Assembly (NCBI GenBank): GCA_013359225.1
Contig: JABWCG010000001.1
Span: 497,627-561,626, forward strand
Direction of reading: 5' to 3'
DNA: 64,000 nt
Source of the DNA: Candidatus Buchananbacteria bacterium
GTDB lineage: Bacteria; Patescibacteriota; Patescibacteriia; Buchananbacterales; UBA6539
A model generated the notes under the pieces. The model was given only the letters and a program-made list of their open reading frames with translations. It searched no databases and was not told the DNA's origin. Position 1 is the stretch's first letter, and the number at the start of each line of letters is the position of its first letter. Positions 48,207-57,949 of the stretch are shown here, piece after piece. The translations under genes were made by a program, and so were the position numbers.

Positions 48207-49547
48207 ATGGGCAAAATCACCGAAATTTACATTTGCTCAAATTGTGACAGTCAATCGCCTAAATGGCAGGGCCGCTGCCCTGAATGCGGTCAGTGGGGAA
48301 CATTGGAAAAATCGCTCCAGCCTTCCCAAGCCAGTTCTCGCGCTACCCAAAACAACTTTCCCGCAGCGAAAGTTGTTTCGTTTTCCGACATCAAAACTGG
48401 CGACTACGAAAGGCTAAAAACAACCATTGACGAGTTTGACCGCGTTTTAGGCGGTGGTTTTGTTCGTGGTTCGTTAATTTTACTTGGCGGAGAACCCGGT
48501 ATTGGCAAATCAACGCTGGTACTACAAATTAGCGAAAAAGTTACCCAGCCGGTGTTATATGTTTCCGGAGAAGAATCAGCACAGCAGATTAAAACTAGAA
48601 TTGATCGGCTCAACATTAATTACCAAAATATCCGGTTTGTCGGCGAAACCAATATTGAGTCGATTATCGGGGCCATCAGTGAACAAAAGCCAGCGTTAGC
48701 AATTATTGATTCTATCCAAACAATCTATTCAAATGAATCACCTTCCGGCGCCGGCAGCATCAATCAAGTCCGAATTTGCACCACTAAATTACTTGAAGTG
48801 GCCAAAAAAAATAACATCACTATTATGATTATCGGCCACGTCACCAAGTTTGGGGAGGTTGCCGGTCCAAAAACTCTTGAACACTTAGTCGATACTGTCT
48901 TATACCTTGAGGGCGATCAGTACCATTCGTTTCGTATCCTGCGAACTGCTAAAAATCGCTTTGGTTCTACGTCCGAAGTCGGCATCTTTGAAATGCAAAG
49001 CCACGGGTTAGCCGAAATTAAAAACCCGTCTGCAATCTTCCTTGATGAGCAAAAACCAGCCGAAGGATCAGTTATTACTGCCACCCTTGAAGGTTCGCGA
49101 ATTTTCATGCTTGAAGTCCAAGCTCTCACCAGCCTAACGGTCTTTGGATATCCTCAGCGTAAAACCAACGGCTTTGATCTAAACCGTCTGCAGCTTTTAT
49201 GTGCAACACTGTCCCGACGAGCCGGCCAGAAGCTAGCTAACCAGGATATTTATCTTAATTTAGTTGGCGGCTTAAAAGTTTCCGAACCGGCGATTGATTT
49301 AGCGGTCTGTCTGGCAATTGTTTCCGCCCTAAAGAATAAATCACTTGATCATAGTATGGTCGTTTTTGGCGAAGTAGGTTTGGGCGGCGAAGTTCGGCCA
49401 GTAAACCAAGCCGCTAAAAGAATTAGCGAGGCGGAAAAATTAGGCTTTAAAAACATTATCATTCCCGAAAGTGGCGAAAAAATAAACTCTAAAATAAAAA
49501 TCAGCCGAGTCAAGAACTTAGCCGATGCCATTAAACTTATGATCTAG
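48207..49547 (+). CDS. radA: DNA repair protein RadA/Sms.
   Basis: Zn finger CSNCDSQSPKWQGRCPECGQWG, Walker A GGEPGIGKST and a Lon-like C-terminal domain. Confidence 0.9.
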   Translation: MGKITEIYICSNCDSQSPKWQGRCPECGQWGTLEKSLQPSQASSRATQNNFPAAKVVSFSDIKTGDYERLKTTIDEFDRVLGGGFVRGSLILLGGEPGIGKSTLVLQISEKVTQPVLYVSGEESAQQIKTRIDRLNINYQNIRFVGETNIESIIGAISEQKPALAIIDSIQTIYSNESPSGAGSINQVRICTTKLLEVAKKNNITIMIIGHVTKFGEVAGPKTLEHLVDTVLYLEGDQYHSFRILRTAKNRFGSTSEVGIFEMQSHGLAEIKNPSAIFLDEQKPAEGSVITATLEGSRIFMLEVQALTSLTVFGYPQRKTNGFDLNRLQLLCATLSRRAGQKLANQDIYLNLVGGLKVSEPAIDLAVCLAIVSALKNKSLDHSMVVFGEVGLGGEVRPVNQAAKRISEAEKLGFKNIIIPESGEKINSKIKISRVKNLADAIKLMI

Positions 49548-49549
49548 CT

Positions 49550-51622
49550 TTATTCCGGATGAACGAGTGCTAGAAAATCTTTTAGTTTATACTTCAAATC
49601 AGGATAACCATCTAAACGGTTATCTTTTTTAACTATTCCTTCGGCCGCAATTTTCGCCTCTTGAATTAGCCGATAATCGGTTAACGTCGCCAGTTTAAAT
49701 TCTGGAAAGCCAGACTGGGTTGTCCCATAGACTTCACCAGGGCCGCGCAGTTCAAGATCTAATTCAGCCAACTCAAAACCATCTTTAGCGCTGACCATCG
49801 CCCGTAGACGCGCTGCGGTCTTTTGGCTATTTTGTTCCGAAACCAAAAAACAATATGACTGATAGCTACTCCTGCCAACGCGGCCACGGAATTGATGTAA
49901 TTGAGCCAGACCAAAACGATCTGCACCCTCAATCAACATAACACTCGCATTTGGCACATCAACCCCCACTTCCACCACTGAGGTCGCAACTAAAATTTTG
50001 CTTTTGTTAGCCAAAAAATCAGCCATAATTCGTTCTTTATCCATTGATTTGAGCTTTCCATGAAGCATTGAAATAGTTAAATCAGAAAAAACAGTACCAC
50101 TAAGACGCTCATACTCTTCAGTCACTGACCGAACCCCTAATGTATCAGACGGATCAATTAATGGACAAATAATAAACGCCTGGCGACCCTGATCAATCTG
50201 CTGCCGAATAAATTCATACGCTTCGTTCCTCTTAGAGCCTTCAACCAGCTTAGTAATAATTTTTTTTCTTTCCTTAGGCATCTCTCGGATGATTGACAGG
50301 TCTAAATCACCATATAACGCTAAAGCTAGACTTCGAGGAATCGGCGTTGCCGTCATTGACAAAAGATGGGGCGTAGTTGCACTGTTGCCAGAGTTCTCCC
50401 TAAGATGTTTGCGCTGAGTTACACCAAAACGATGCTGTTCATCAATAACTGCCAGCGCCAAACTATTAAATTTCACACTCTCCTGAATTAACGCATGTGT
50501 TCCAACAATAATTTTGACTTCACCAGAGTTAATACCCGATAGCATTTTTGACTGGGAAACTTTTTCGTTATTAATTAGCTTCTGAGATCGAGTCAATAAA
50601 CCGGTTTTGATGTTTGAATTGGAAAAAAGTTTGCTGATTGTCTGGTAATGTTGGCTCGCTAAAATTTCAGTCGGGCTCATTAAAACACTCTGCTTTTCAT
50701 TTCTAGCCACATTCAACATTGCTAACAACGCTACTAGAGTTTTCCCCGACCCGACGTCCCCCTCTAGTAAGCGATTCATGGGTCGCGACTGTTGCAAATC
50801 AGAAATTATCTGCCACGCTGCTTTACGCTGATCATTAGTTAGACTGAAGGGAAGTTGAGAAATAAAATCTTTTGTTTCTTGTTCTTTAAACAAAACAACT
50901 TCGGCAGTTTCTTGCCTAATTTCCGAACGGTTGATCATTACCCGCAACTCAAATAAGAACAGTTCGTTGAATTTTAGCCGGCGAATTGCTTGATCAAGCA
51001 ATTGCTGATTATCGGGAAAATGAATCTGTCGCAATGCCTCTGATAAACTCATTAATCGATATGATGTAATAATTTCTGGAGGCAAAAAATCAACTACCTG
51101 ATCCACCGCCACGAGCGCTGATTTAATTAAAAATCGAATTTGTTTAGCAGTTAAACTATGAGTCAAAGGATAAATAGGAACAATTCTGGCAGTATGGGTG
51201 GTTGAACCATTAGTTACCTTCTCATAAACCGGGTTAGTCATTTGAAACCCGTAACGACCGAAGTCAACCTTGCCGGAGAAGTACACCTCATCTCCGATTT
51301 GTAACGTCTTTGCCAAAAATGGCTGATTAAACCAAACAATCTTTAAGGATCCGGACTCGTCAGCCACTAAACCTTCTGTCAAAATTTTTCTTTTAGCCAG
51401 ACTACGACGGCTGCTTAAGAGCTGAATTTTAACCTTAATAGTTGAAAGTTCTCCGGTTTTAAGCTCACTGATTTTTGATATTTTACTTAAATCTTCCCAC
51501 CGCCAAGGATAATAAAAAATGAGATCGTTGACGGTCTCAATTTCTAGTCTTTTTAAGCGATCAGCAGTCGTCTTTCCAACGCGCGTGATCTGTGATACTG
51601 GCGTGGTCAATGTTAACTTCAT
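49550..51622 (-). CDS. recG: ATP-dependent DNA helicase RecG.
   Basis: Helicase motifs GDVGSGKT and DEQHRFG with an N-terminal wedge domain. Length is 690 aa. Confidence 0.9.
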   Translation of the reverse strand: MKLTLTTPVSQITRVGKTTADRLKRLEIETVNDLIFYYPWRWEDLSKISKISELKTGELSTIKVKIQLLSSRRSLAKRKILTEGLVADESGSLKIVWFNQPFLAKTLQIGDEVYFSGKVDFGRYGFQMTNPVYEKVTNGSTTHTARIVPIYPLTHSLTAKQIRFLIKSALVAVDQVVDFLPPEIITSYRLMSLSEALRQIHFPDNQQLLDQAIRRLKFNELFLFELRVMINRSEIRQETAEVVLFKEQETKDFISQLPFSLTNDQRKAAWQIISDLQQSRPMNRLLEGDVGSGKTLVALLAMLNVARNEKQSVLMSPTEILASQHYQTISKLFSNSNIKTGLLTRSQKLINNEKVSQSKMLSGINSGEVKIIVGTHALIQESVKFNSLALAVIDEQHRFGVTQRKHLRENSGNSATTPHLLSMTATPIPRSLALALYGDLDLSIIREMPKERKKIITKLVEGSKRNEAYEFIRQQIDQGRQAFIICPLIDPSDTLGVRSVTEEYERLSGTVFSDLTISMLHGKLKSMDKERIMADFLANKSKILVATSVVEVGVDVPNASVMLIEGADRFGLAQLHQFRGRVGRSSYQSYCFLVSEQNSQKTAARLRAMVSAKDGFELAELDLELRGPGEVYGTTQSGFPEFKLATLTDYRLIQEAKIAAEGIVKKDNRLDGYPDLKYKLKDFLALVHPE

Positions 51623-51636
51623 TGTGACAAAACTAA

Positions 51637-51713
51637 TGGCGTCCCCGGCAGGGTTCGAACCTGCGACCTCAAGCTCCGCAAGCTTGCGCTCTATCCAACT
51701 GAGCTACGAGGAC
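51637..51713 (-). tRNA. tRNA-Arg (anticodon GCG; CCA encoded).
   Basis: Minus-strand read GTCCTCGTAGCTCAGTTGGATAGAGCGCAAGCTTGCGGAGCTTGAGGTCGCAGGTTCGAACCCTGCCGGGGACGCCA. The loop TTGCGGA gives the anticodon. Confidence 0.75.
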
Positions 51714-51718
51714 AGAAA

Positions 51719-52222
51719 TTATAACTTCAGCATCCGCGAAGTCTGATCCGATACCGGTTCATCTTCACGATCAATATCTTCTTCTAAGTATTGGAGTAAA
51801 ACCTCTCTGATTTTGACCGGATCCTGATCATTTAAAGCAACAGGAATTCTTGGCTCAAAAAAACTTTTTGGTTCAAAATAGAGTGTTTTTACTTCCGGCG
51901 GATTAAATATAATATAAAAATTTTTTAATCGCTTATACTCATAAAACTTTTTACCGACCACAATTCCATCTTCGGCAATCTTGAACTCAATTTCCTGATT
52001 ATTACGCTGCAACATTACAATTGTCAAGGCGGCGATAATAATGATCAGGCCGAACAAAAAATTCGAACTAATAATTGAATACCCAACCAAAAAGACAACT
52101 GCTGCCCCAGCCCAAAAATACCAGCTCTTGCTTCTTTCGTGCTGAGCAAACTCATGAAATTGCCAACTAAAATGAACCTGGCCGTAGTCTTTTTGTTCTT
52201 GGTTTTGTCCTTGGTTTTCCAT
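51719..52222 (-). CDS. Hypothetical membrane protein (two TM helices plus a soluble C-terminal domain).
   Basis: 167 aa with no recognised motif. It is flanked by tRNAs. Confidence 0.4.
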   Translation of the reverse strand: MENQGQNQEQKDYGQVHFSWQFHEFAQHERSKSWYFWAGAAVVFLVGYSIISSNFLFGLIIIIAALTIVMLQRNNQEIEFKIAEDGIVVGKKFYEYKRLKNFYIIFNPPEVKTLYFEPKSFFEPRIPVALNDQDPVKIREVLLQYLEEDIDREDEPVSDQTSRMLKL

Positions 52223-52255
52223 AGTTGGTTAACACGGTGATTACCCCTCACTCAA

Positions 52256-52342
52256 CGGAGAGGGCGGGATTCGAACCCGCGAACCCTTTTTGGGGGTTAA
52301 CACGTTAGCAGTGTGCCGCATTCGACCACTCTGCCACCTCTC
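52256..52342 (-). tRNA. tRNA-Ser (anticodon GCT).
   Basis: Minus-strand read GGAGAGGTGGCAGAGTGGTCGAATGCGGCACACTGCTAACGTG...long variable arm...GGGTTCGAATCCCGCCCTCTCCG. A 7-bp inverted repeat CCCCTCA/TGAGGGG flanks the gene. Confidence 0.85.
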
Positions 52343-52444
52343 CATTGACTGAGGGGCACCGCTAATTTATAAGCAGTGAACCGTATTAATTTCTCCTATA
52401 AAACTATCATAGTATAACACTTCAAAACTGCTCTTGTAAAGTCC

Positions 52445-53110
52445 CTAATTTTTCGCTATAACTAAGGCCCAAACCCTTTTAGCACCGGCCTGTTTAAGCA
52501 CTCTAGAAAGCTCATCAATCGTCGAACCGGTAGTAAGAACGTCGTCAATAACTAATACTCTTTTTCCTTTCACAGCCTGCGCATCAATCAAACTAAAAAC
52601 ATTTTTTATGTTTTGCCTTCTTTCTAGGGCATCGTTTCCGACCTGAGGTTCTCGATTTTTTCTAATCAAAATATTATTTTCAAAGTTAATATCTGCCTGC
52701 CGGGCAACTGTTGCGGCCAACATATCTGCCTGATTAAAGCCCCGAAACAATAAACGTTTTTTCGAAATTGGCATCGGAACGACCAAATCAATTTTGGGCA
52801 ACGCCTGATTGAGAATCAAACGGGTCAGATATTGTTCCAAAATTATTTCAAGACTCAAGCCAAGCTCCCTGACAAATCGGTATTTAAAATGGTAAATGAT
52901 CTTTTGCAACAACGGATCGTTAAAATCGGAAATCACCCAAACTCCGTCGGTATAATCAGTAACAAAATAACTATTGCTAATATCCGGATTAATTTTTATT
53001 TTTTTTAAACAATCACTGCAAACTAATTCATTATCTTTGTTACATCCCAAACATTGCCGGGGAAAAAATAAATCCAAAATCTTTTCTCGTATCAACATAG
53101 CATATACCAA
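52445..53110 (-). CDS. comFC: ComF-family phosphoribosyltransferase-domain protein.
   Basis: N-terminal Cys pairs CLGC...CSDC and the PRTase motif VLVIDDVLTTGSTI. Confidence 0.8.
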   Translation of the reverse strand: MVYAMLIREKILDLFFPRQCLGCNKDNELVCSDCLKKIKINPDISNSYFVTDYTDGVWVISDFNDPLLQKIIYHFKYRFVRELGLSLEIILEQYLTRLILNQALPKIDLVVPMPISKKRLLFRGFNQADMLAATVARQADINFENNILIRKNREPQVGNDALERRQNIKNVFSLIDAQAVKGKRVLVIDDVLTTGSTIDELSRVLKQAGAKRVWALVIAKN

Positions 53111-53134
53111 GCGCTACGTTGATTTTATTACTGT

Positions 53135-53728
53135 TTATTGCCACTCGGCCGCGTCCACTTTCCAAGCACCATCAACTTGAGTCATTGACAACTTTAACTT
53201 TTGATAAAAAGCTCTTGGATTGTCAGTTGAGACAATTGATTCAGACCTCTGTGTTGAAACAATCACTTCCGCACGATTAAAATCCTGATCAAATTCTGAA
53301 ATCTCGGCGGCAATTGCCTTTGTGGTGACACCATAATATTCGGAGTTATCCGCCTGGCGCTGAGAAAGTTTAAAATTCTCCACCCAAGCTTTCATTTTAG
53401 CCGTCATCAAATCCGCTGAGTCATCAAGATTGCTGAAATAAACTTCGTTTGAGTAGCTTCCAAAACGTTCAGCAAAAGTAAAGGCGATAGCTTTCAATTC
53501 TGCCTGGGAATCTTTTTGTTCTTCGGGCACGCCGGTAGTGTCTGGCAAACCAGCCGAAGCAGTCGGTAAAGTCGCTGGAACTTGAATTTCACTTGGGTTT
53601 TGATTAACATTCTGATTTACCGGATTGTTAAGATTGGCTCTGGTAAACCACCACCACAAAAAAGCTGCAATAACTCCGATGATGACAACAGTGATAACTC
53701 CGATGATAATTTTTTTTCTTCTCGTCAT
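53135..53728 (-). CDS. Hypothetical membrane-anchored extracytoplasmic protein.
   Basis: N-terminal TM (IIIGVITVVIIGVIAAFLWWWF) and Asn/Gln-rich spacers. Confidence 0.4.
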   Translation of the reverse strand: MTRRKKIIIGVITVVIIGVIAAFLWWWFTRANLNNPVNQNVNQNPSEIQVPATLPTASAGLPDTTGVPEEQKDSQAELKAIAFTFAERFGSYSNEVYFSNLDDSADLMTAKMKAWVENFKLSQRQADNSEYYGVTTKAIAAEISEFDQDFNRAEVIVSTQRSESIVSTDNPRAFYQKLKLSMTQVDGAWKVDAAEWQ

Positions 53729-53762
53729 ATATTTCTAATTAGCTTCCTAAATATTAGCCCGC

Positions 53763-55655
53763 TTACTGCTGAGTCATTGACTCATTAAATTCTTTCTTTG
53801 CCTCCTCAATCTCCAAAATCTGACGTGGATCGGAAGTAATTAACTGATCTTCAGTATAGGATGCTACTACCTTAATCGCTGCATGCTTATCGCCGGCAAA
53901 AAATATTCCTTCACCAACGCCAGACTCCAACAATAAATATTTTTCACCCTCAGTAAGAATGAAGGTTTTTTGCACCAAATCAATAGCTGCCGGGGACTGG
54001 CGCATCAATAACTGGATTGAAGAGTTATTAACAATTGCCTGGCCATACGGCGAAAGCAAAAAGTCATTAACGTCTTGGGTAATATTCGTCACACCTAAAT
54101 AATATTTGCGACATCGCTTTACCAATGCGTAAATAAATTTAGCAGAATCTTCATTTTGCATTAACCACCATGCCTCATCAATAATCAATACCCGCTTCTT
54201 GAGCTCTGACCGGACCACATTCCAAATGTAGTTAACAATCGTATAAATAGCCATCGGCCGCAACTCATCTTCAAGATCTCGAACTGAAAAAACCACAAGC
54301 TGATTTTTAGTATCAACGTTTGTAGGACTGTTAAATAACCCGGAGAAAGTCCCCTGAGTATACTTTTTAAGTCGAAGCGCTAAATCACCTCCGCCCTCCA
54401 TACCTTCCAAAACATCCTGAAAATCCTGCATGATCGGCGGCTCAATCTTACTGAGATCGGAGTCGGACGTAATGTCTTTTTTGGCATACGTTTCTAACAG
54501 CGCTCGGTCAATGATGGAATCCTCTTGATGAGACAATTCTCCCAGCATCAATCTGATCAGACCTTTGATGGTGATTACCGCCCCACGAATGACATCAGAG
54601 GCTCGCTGTTCACCAACCGCCCGCGGCAGATCAAATGGGTTGATTTTACTTTCAGAACTTAATGAAATATTAACATACGTTCCACCAACGGCATCAGACA
54701 AATGTTTATATTCGCGCTCTGGGTCAATAACAATAACATCTGTTCCCATCATCATCGTTCGCAAAACTTCCAGTTTGATAGCATAACTCTTTCCGGCACC
54801 AGACGTGGCAAACACCACCGTATTGGCGTTTTGCAAGGAAAAACGGTCAAATAAAATCAAACTATTATTATGTCGGTTGATGCCATACAAAATTCCCTCG
54901 TCAGAAGTCAATTCTGATGAGATAAACGGAAACGATGAAGCAACCGGTGAAGAGTTCATGTTAAAACCAATCATCAGCTCATCATTGCCAAGTGGTAAAG
55001 TTGAATTAAAACCCTGTTCAGCCTGATACAACACTTTTTTTGAAAATACCAATCGTGAACCAAACAGAGACTCCACATCGCCAGTCAGGTTATCAAGCTC
55101 TTCTTTAGTATTTGCGTACAACGTGACATACAAACCAAACTGGAAAAAATGTTCAACTCCCTGAGTCAAATCGTCGCGCAGTTTTTCAATATCGCGCAAT
55201 GCAGTTTCACGAATCGGATCGCGCGGCGCTCCTTTCTCGCGATCGGCCAGGATTTGAGCCTCTAGAGCACCAACCTTATTGCGCAACTGTTTTAAAATAA
55301 TATTTGATTTCACCGGGTAAAAAAACATCGCAATATCCAGTGCCACGCTTAAATTAATGATTGGGGCAAACCAGCCAACTGCAATATATCGCGGATAACC
55401 GATAACAAAAAGTGTTCGAACAAAACGATCACCCAACTTAATGAAAGTCGGCGTCACTTCCAGCGCTGCCGGAGAAATTAGATCTTTAATTGAAACAACG
55501 CCTTCCCGATATATTCTTTCTTCCTCAAGCACTGATTTTGCTTCCAAAATTTCTTCCTGCTCTTTAACCTTTTTCTGCTCAGGCGAAAGCACTTGTTCAA
55601 CCGGCTGATCCTCCAAAGCCTGCTGCCTAATTAAATCTTTTGGTTTAATAGCCAT
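53763..55655 (-). CDS. VirB4/TrbE-family conjugative T4SS ATPase, ATPase portion.
   Basis: Walker A FATSGAGKSY and the VirB4-type Walker B VLIIDEAWWLM. Length is 630 aa. It is in-frame with the upstream ORF across one TAA. Confidence 0.75.
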   Translation of the reverse strand: MAIKPKDLIRQQALEDQPVEQVLSPEQKKVKEQEEILEAKSVLEEERIYREGVVSIKDLISPAALEVTPTFIKLGDRFVRTLFVIGYPRYIAVGWFAPIINLSVALDIAMFFYPVKSNIILKQLRNKVGALEAQILADREKGAPRDPIRETALRDIEKLRDDLTQGVEHFFQFGLYVTLYANTKEELDNLTGDVESLFGSRLVFSKKVLYQAEQGFNSTLPLGNDELMIGFNMNSSPVASSFPFISSELTSDEGILYGINRHNNSLILFDRFSLQNANTVVFATSGAGKSYAIKLEVLRTMMMGTDVIVIDPEREYKHLSDAVGGTYVNISLSSESKINPFDLPRAVGEQRASDVIRGAVITIKGLIRLMLGELSHQEDSIIDRALLETYAKKDITSDSDLSKIEPPIMQDFQDVLEGMEGGGDLALRLKKYTQGTFSGLFNSPTNVDTKNQLVVFSVRDLEDELRPMAIYTIVNYIWNVVRSELKKRVLIIDEAWWLMQNEDSAKFIYALVKRCRKYYLGVTNITQDVNDFLLSPYGQAIVNNSSIQLLMRQSPAAIDLVQKTFILTEGEKYLLLESGVGEGIFFAGDKHAAIKVVASYTEDQLITSDPRQILEIEEAKKEFNESMTQQ

Positions 55656-55658
55656 AAG

Positions 55659-56336
55659 TTATTCAACTCGTAATTTGTTTATCTCAACCAATTTTTCCCG
55701 GCTGGAAACATCCGGATTATAGGTATTATAATATAGTTCAATTAAGCTCTGCGTGTCTAACACTACTGCCTTTAAACTCATACTTGATAATCCGGTAATA
55801 ACATGTTCGACTCTCTGAAACAAAGCATGCCGCCGTTTCATAAACTCCGATTGCGTTAACTTGACCTCTTGAGCCGCCGAAAATACACCCAAAAACCGCT
55901 TAAACCAGGATTTCTGTTTATCAGAAATTGGGTCGTAAGGCACAACAACATAAAAACGCTTATTCATAATATCACCAATTTCAACCAGTTCACTGACATA
56001 CTGACGATATTCAGCCGTCTGCATCCGCAGCAATTCATTAGTCTGTTCTTTCTCAATCTTTTTCAAACGATTCAAGTAGCCGTCAATATCAAGTTTACGG
56101 GACTGGATTACAATCTGGAGCGGAAATTCTAGAAAGTTTAAAAACCCGATATACGCGGCAATAATGGCATTTTGTTCTTCTTCCGATTTCAAAGAAAAAT
56201 TAAGGCTCGACACCAGCACCACTGAACGCAAGGTCCCATCTTTAAGAATAACCGTATCCTCCTTGATTTCAGCAATATCAAGATAACCCTGAGCGGATGT
56301 TGTAATCTTTTTATTGGCAAGTTTCTTGGATTTCAT
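55659..56336 (-). CDS. VirB4-family N-terminal domain, encoded as a separate 225-aa ORF.
   Basis: GYLDIAEIKEDTVILKDGTLRSVVLVSSLNFSLKSEEEQNAIIAAYIGFLNFLEFPLQIVIQSRKLDID matches the CagE/TrbE/VirB N-domain pattern. It ends E-TAA-L-ATG, in-frame with the ATPase ORF. Confidence 0.55.
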   Translation of the reverse strand: MKSKKLANKKITTSAQGYLDIAEIKEDTVILKDGTLRSVVLVSSLNFSLKSEEEQNAIIAAYIGFLNFLEFPLQIVIQSRKLDIDGYLNRLKKIEKEQTNELLRMQTAEYRQYVSELVEIGDIMNKRFYVVVPYDPISDKQKSWFKRFLGVFSAAQEVKLTQSEFMKRRHALFQRVEHVITGLSSMSLKAVVLDTQSLIELYYNTYNPDVSSREKLVEINKLRVE

Positions 56337-56347
56337 AAATAGATTAA

Positions 56348-56806
56348 TTAAACAAGTTGCTGCAAACTACTTGGAGGTTCTTTTTCACCCTGATACACTC
56401 CGCCAGTGTCAACAATGAGCGCCATTTCAGCCAGCCGGGAAGCCCGAACCCGGTTTTTGGTTCTAATCTCCGGTGGCAGTGGCAAGGTCTCTTTCTTATT
56501 ATACCTTTTTAACTCTGAATTGGTAAAAGTTTTCTGCCAAACCCTAATCTTCGGCCTCTTAGAGGTCTGTAAAACATTTAAAATAAAATAATGGACCGGC
56601 CGACCGTTGATTTTAATAAAGGCAACGCCAAAAGTCAGAACAGAAATGACTACAAATAAAAAAAGAAAAAGGCTGAAATCAGACAATTTATAGGCGACAA
56701 AATCAAGTCCCGCGCCAACCAGCACAATAATAAACTGCCTGACCGTTACCGGGCCAATAATTTTATCTTCAACATCAATAAATTGTGGAACGACGAACTG
56801 TTGCAT
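56348..56806 (-). CDS. PrgI/VirB3-like small T4SS membrane protein.
   Basis: 152 aa beginning QQFVVPQFIDVEDKIIGPVTVRQFIIVLVGAGL, followed by a TM pair. It sits immediately upstream of the VirB4 genes. Confidence 0.5.
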   Translation of the reverse strand: MQQFVVPQFIDVEDKIIGPVTVRQFIIVLVGAGLDFVAYKLSDFSLFLFLFVVISVLTFGVAFIKINGRPVHYFILNVLQTSKRPKIRVWQKTFTNSELKRYNKKETLPLPPEIRTKNRVRASRLAEMALIVDTGGVYQGEKEPPSSLQQLV

Positions 56807-57931
56807 TTAATAGCGTAGTCTTTTATTTAAGTCAAAAATTGCTTCAAGCTCTTCTTCAGTTAAAGTCGGCAGGCCTTGTTGTGTGCGCTCGGCGATAACT
56901 TCCGAAACCGGCTTATGTTCTTCCATGCTTTGATCACCTAAAGAAAGGTACAGCCGGTTAACCTCGCTTTCCTTCCAAGCTTTGATGGCCTCAACCTTCT
57001 TAGGGAAGGATTCATCTTCTAATAAAGCAACTTTATCAAGTATCTTTTGAACTGCCATACTTGGTGTTGGTGACAAGCGCCTGAAGTCTTTGAGCGTCAT
57101 GGTTCGAATTTCCTCAATCGGACCAGTCAGCTTAGGTTTAAATTTAACATCTTCAATTTTTGGCTTTGACCCGATGGCACTAACTACCGGTCGACTCATC
57201 ACCGGTGCATCTGCTATCTGTGTTGGCGCCGGACTAATAGGTGGTTGTGCTGGTGTTGGTGGCGTTAAATCAGCAGGCATTTCCGGTTTAAAAAGGGGCT
57301 TAGCCTCAATAGGTTGCACCTCTTTAATAATTGGCTCTGCTAAAATTTTTTTTGCTTCTTCCTGGAGTTCCAAAAACTGATCAGTACTGATATTTTGTCG
57401 ATGACGATGGTCAAAATCCTGCAATTCCCGGCTAATTGCCGCCAAAATTTTATTAATCGTTTCAGTATCAAAAGCCGTTCCTTCGGTTAATCGAAATTCC
57501 TGCAGCGATTCCTTTGTTTGAAGGTGATTTCTAATTCCCCGCAAACGGGAACTCACAATACTACGAAATTTTTTCTCATCTTCCGGCGAAGTAAAATGTA
57601 ACTCCGCATTCTTAATTACCGAGCTAATTTCTTCTTCCAACCTCAATGGTTCACCAAACGATCGAGTTGGCTGAACCGGTGCTACAGCTTCTTCTACCTC
57701 AGGTTCAATGGTTAGCGGTTTACTCGCCACCGACGATTGGGACGTAGAATTTGTAAGCCCTTGACCAACTGGCTGCTCGTAATCCAAAACTTGGTCACCT
57801 CGCAAAATCTTCAAGTTTCCCTGCTCATCCTTAAAAATAATTTCATCATCAGGCACCGCTGCCTTAGCCTTCTGCTCTTGTTCAATCAGGCTGAAAAAAT
57901 CATCTGTTTTTTGAGTCAAATTCTGGACCAT
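56807..57931 (-). CDS. Hypothetical Pro-rich protein.
   Basis: 374 aa with a PADLTPPTPAQPPISPAPTQ linker. It abuts the PrgI-like gene. Confidence 0.4.
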   Translation of the reverse strand: MVQNLTQKTDDFFSLIEQEQKAKAAVPDDEIIFKDEQGNLKILRGDQVLDYEQPVGQGLTNSTSQSSVASKPLTIEPEVEEAVAPVQPTRSFGEPLRLEEEISSVIKNAELHFTSPEDEKKFRSIVSSRLRGIRNHLQTKESLQEFRLTEGTAFDTETINKILAAISRELQDFDHRHRQNISTDQFLELQEEAKKILAEPIIKEVQPIEAKPLFKPEMPADLTPPTPAQPPISPAPTQIADAPVMSRPVVSAIGSKPKIEDVKFKPKLTGPIEEIRTMTLKDFRRLSPTPSMAVQKILDKVALLEDESFPKKVEAIKAWKESEVNRLYLSLGDQSMEEHKPVSEVIAERTQQGLPTLTEEELEAIFDLNKRLRY

Positions 57932-57949
57932 TATCGAAAGATAATTTAA

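Noticed and set aside
51637-51713. The tRNA-Arg anticodon as CCG or ACG.
   Set aside because: The 7-nt loop between the 5-bp stem CAAGC/GCTTG reads TTGCGGA, which puts GCG at positions 34-36. Alternative registers break the stem.
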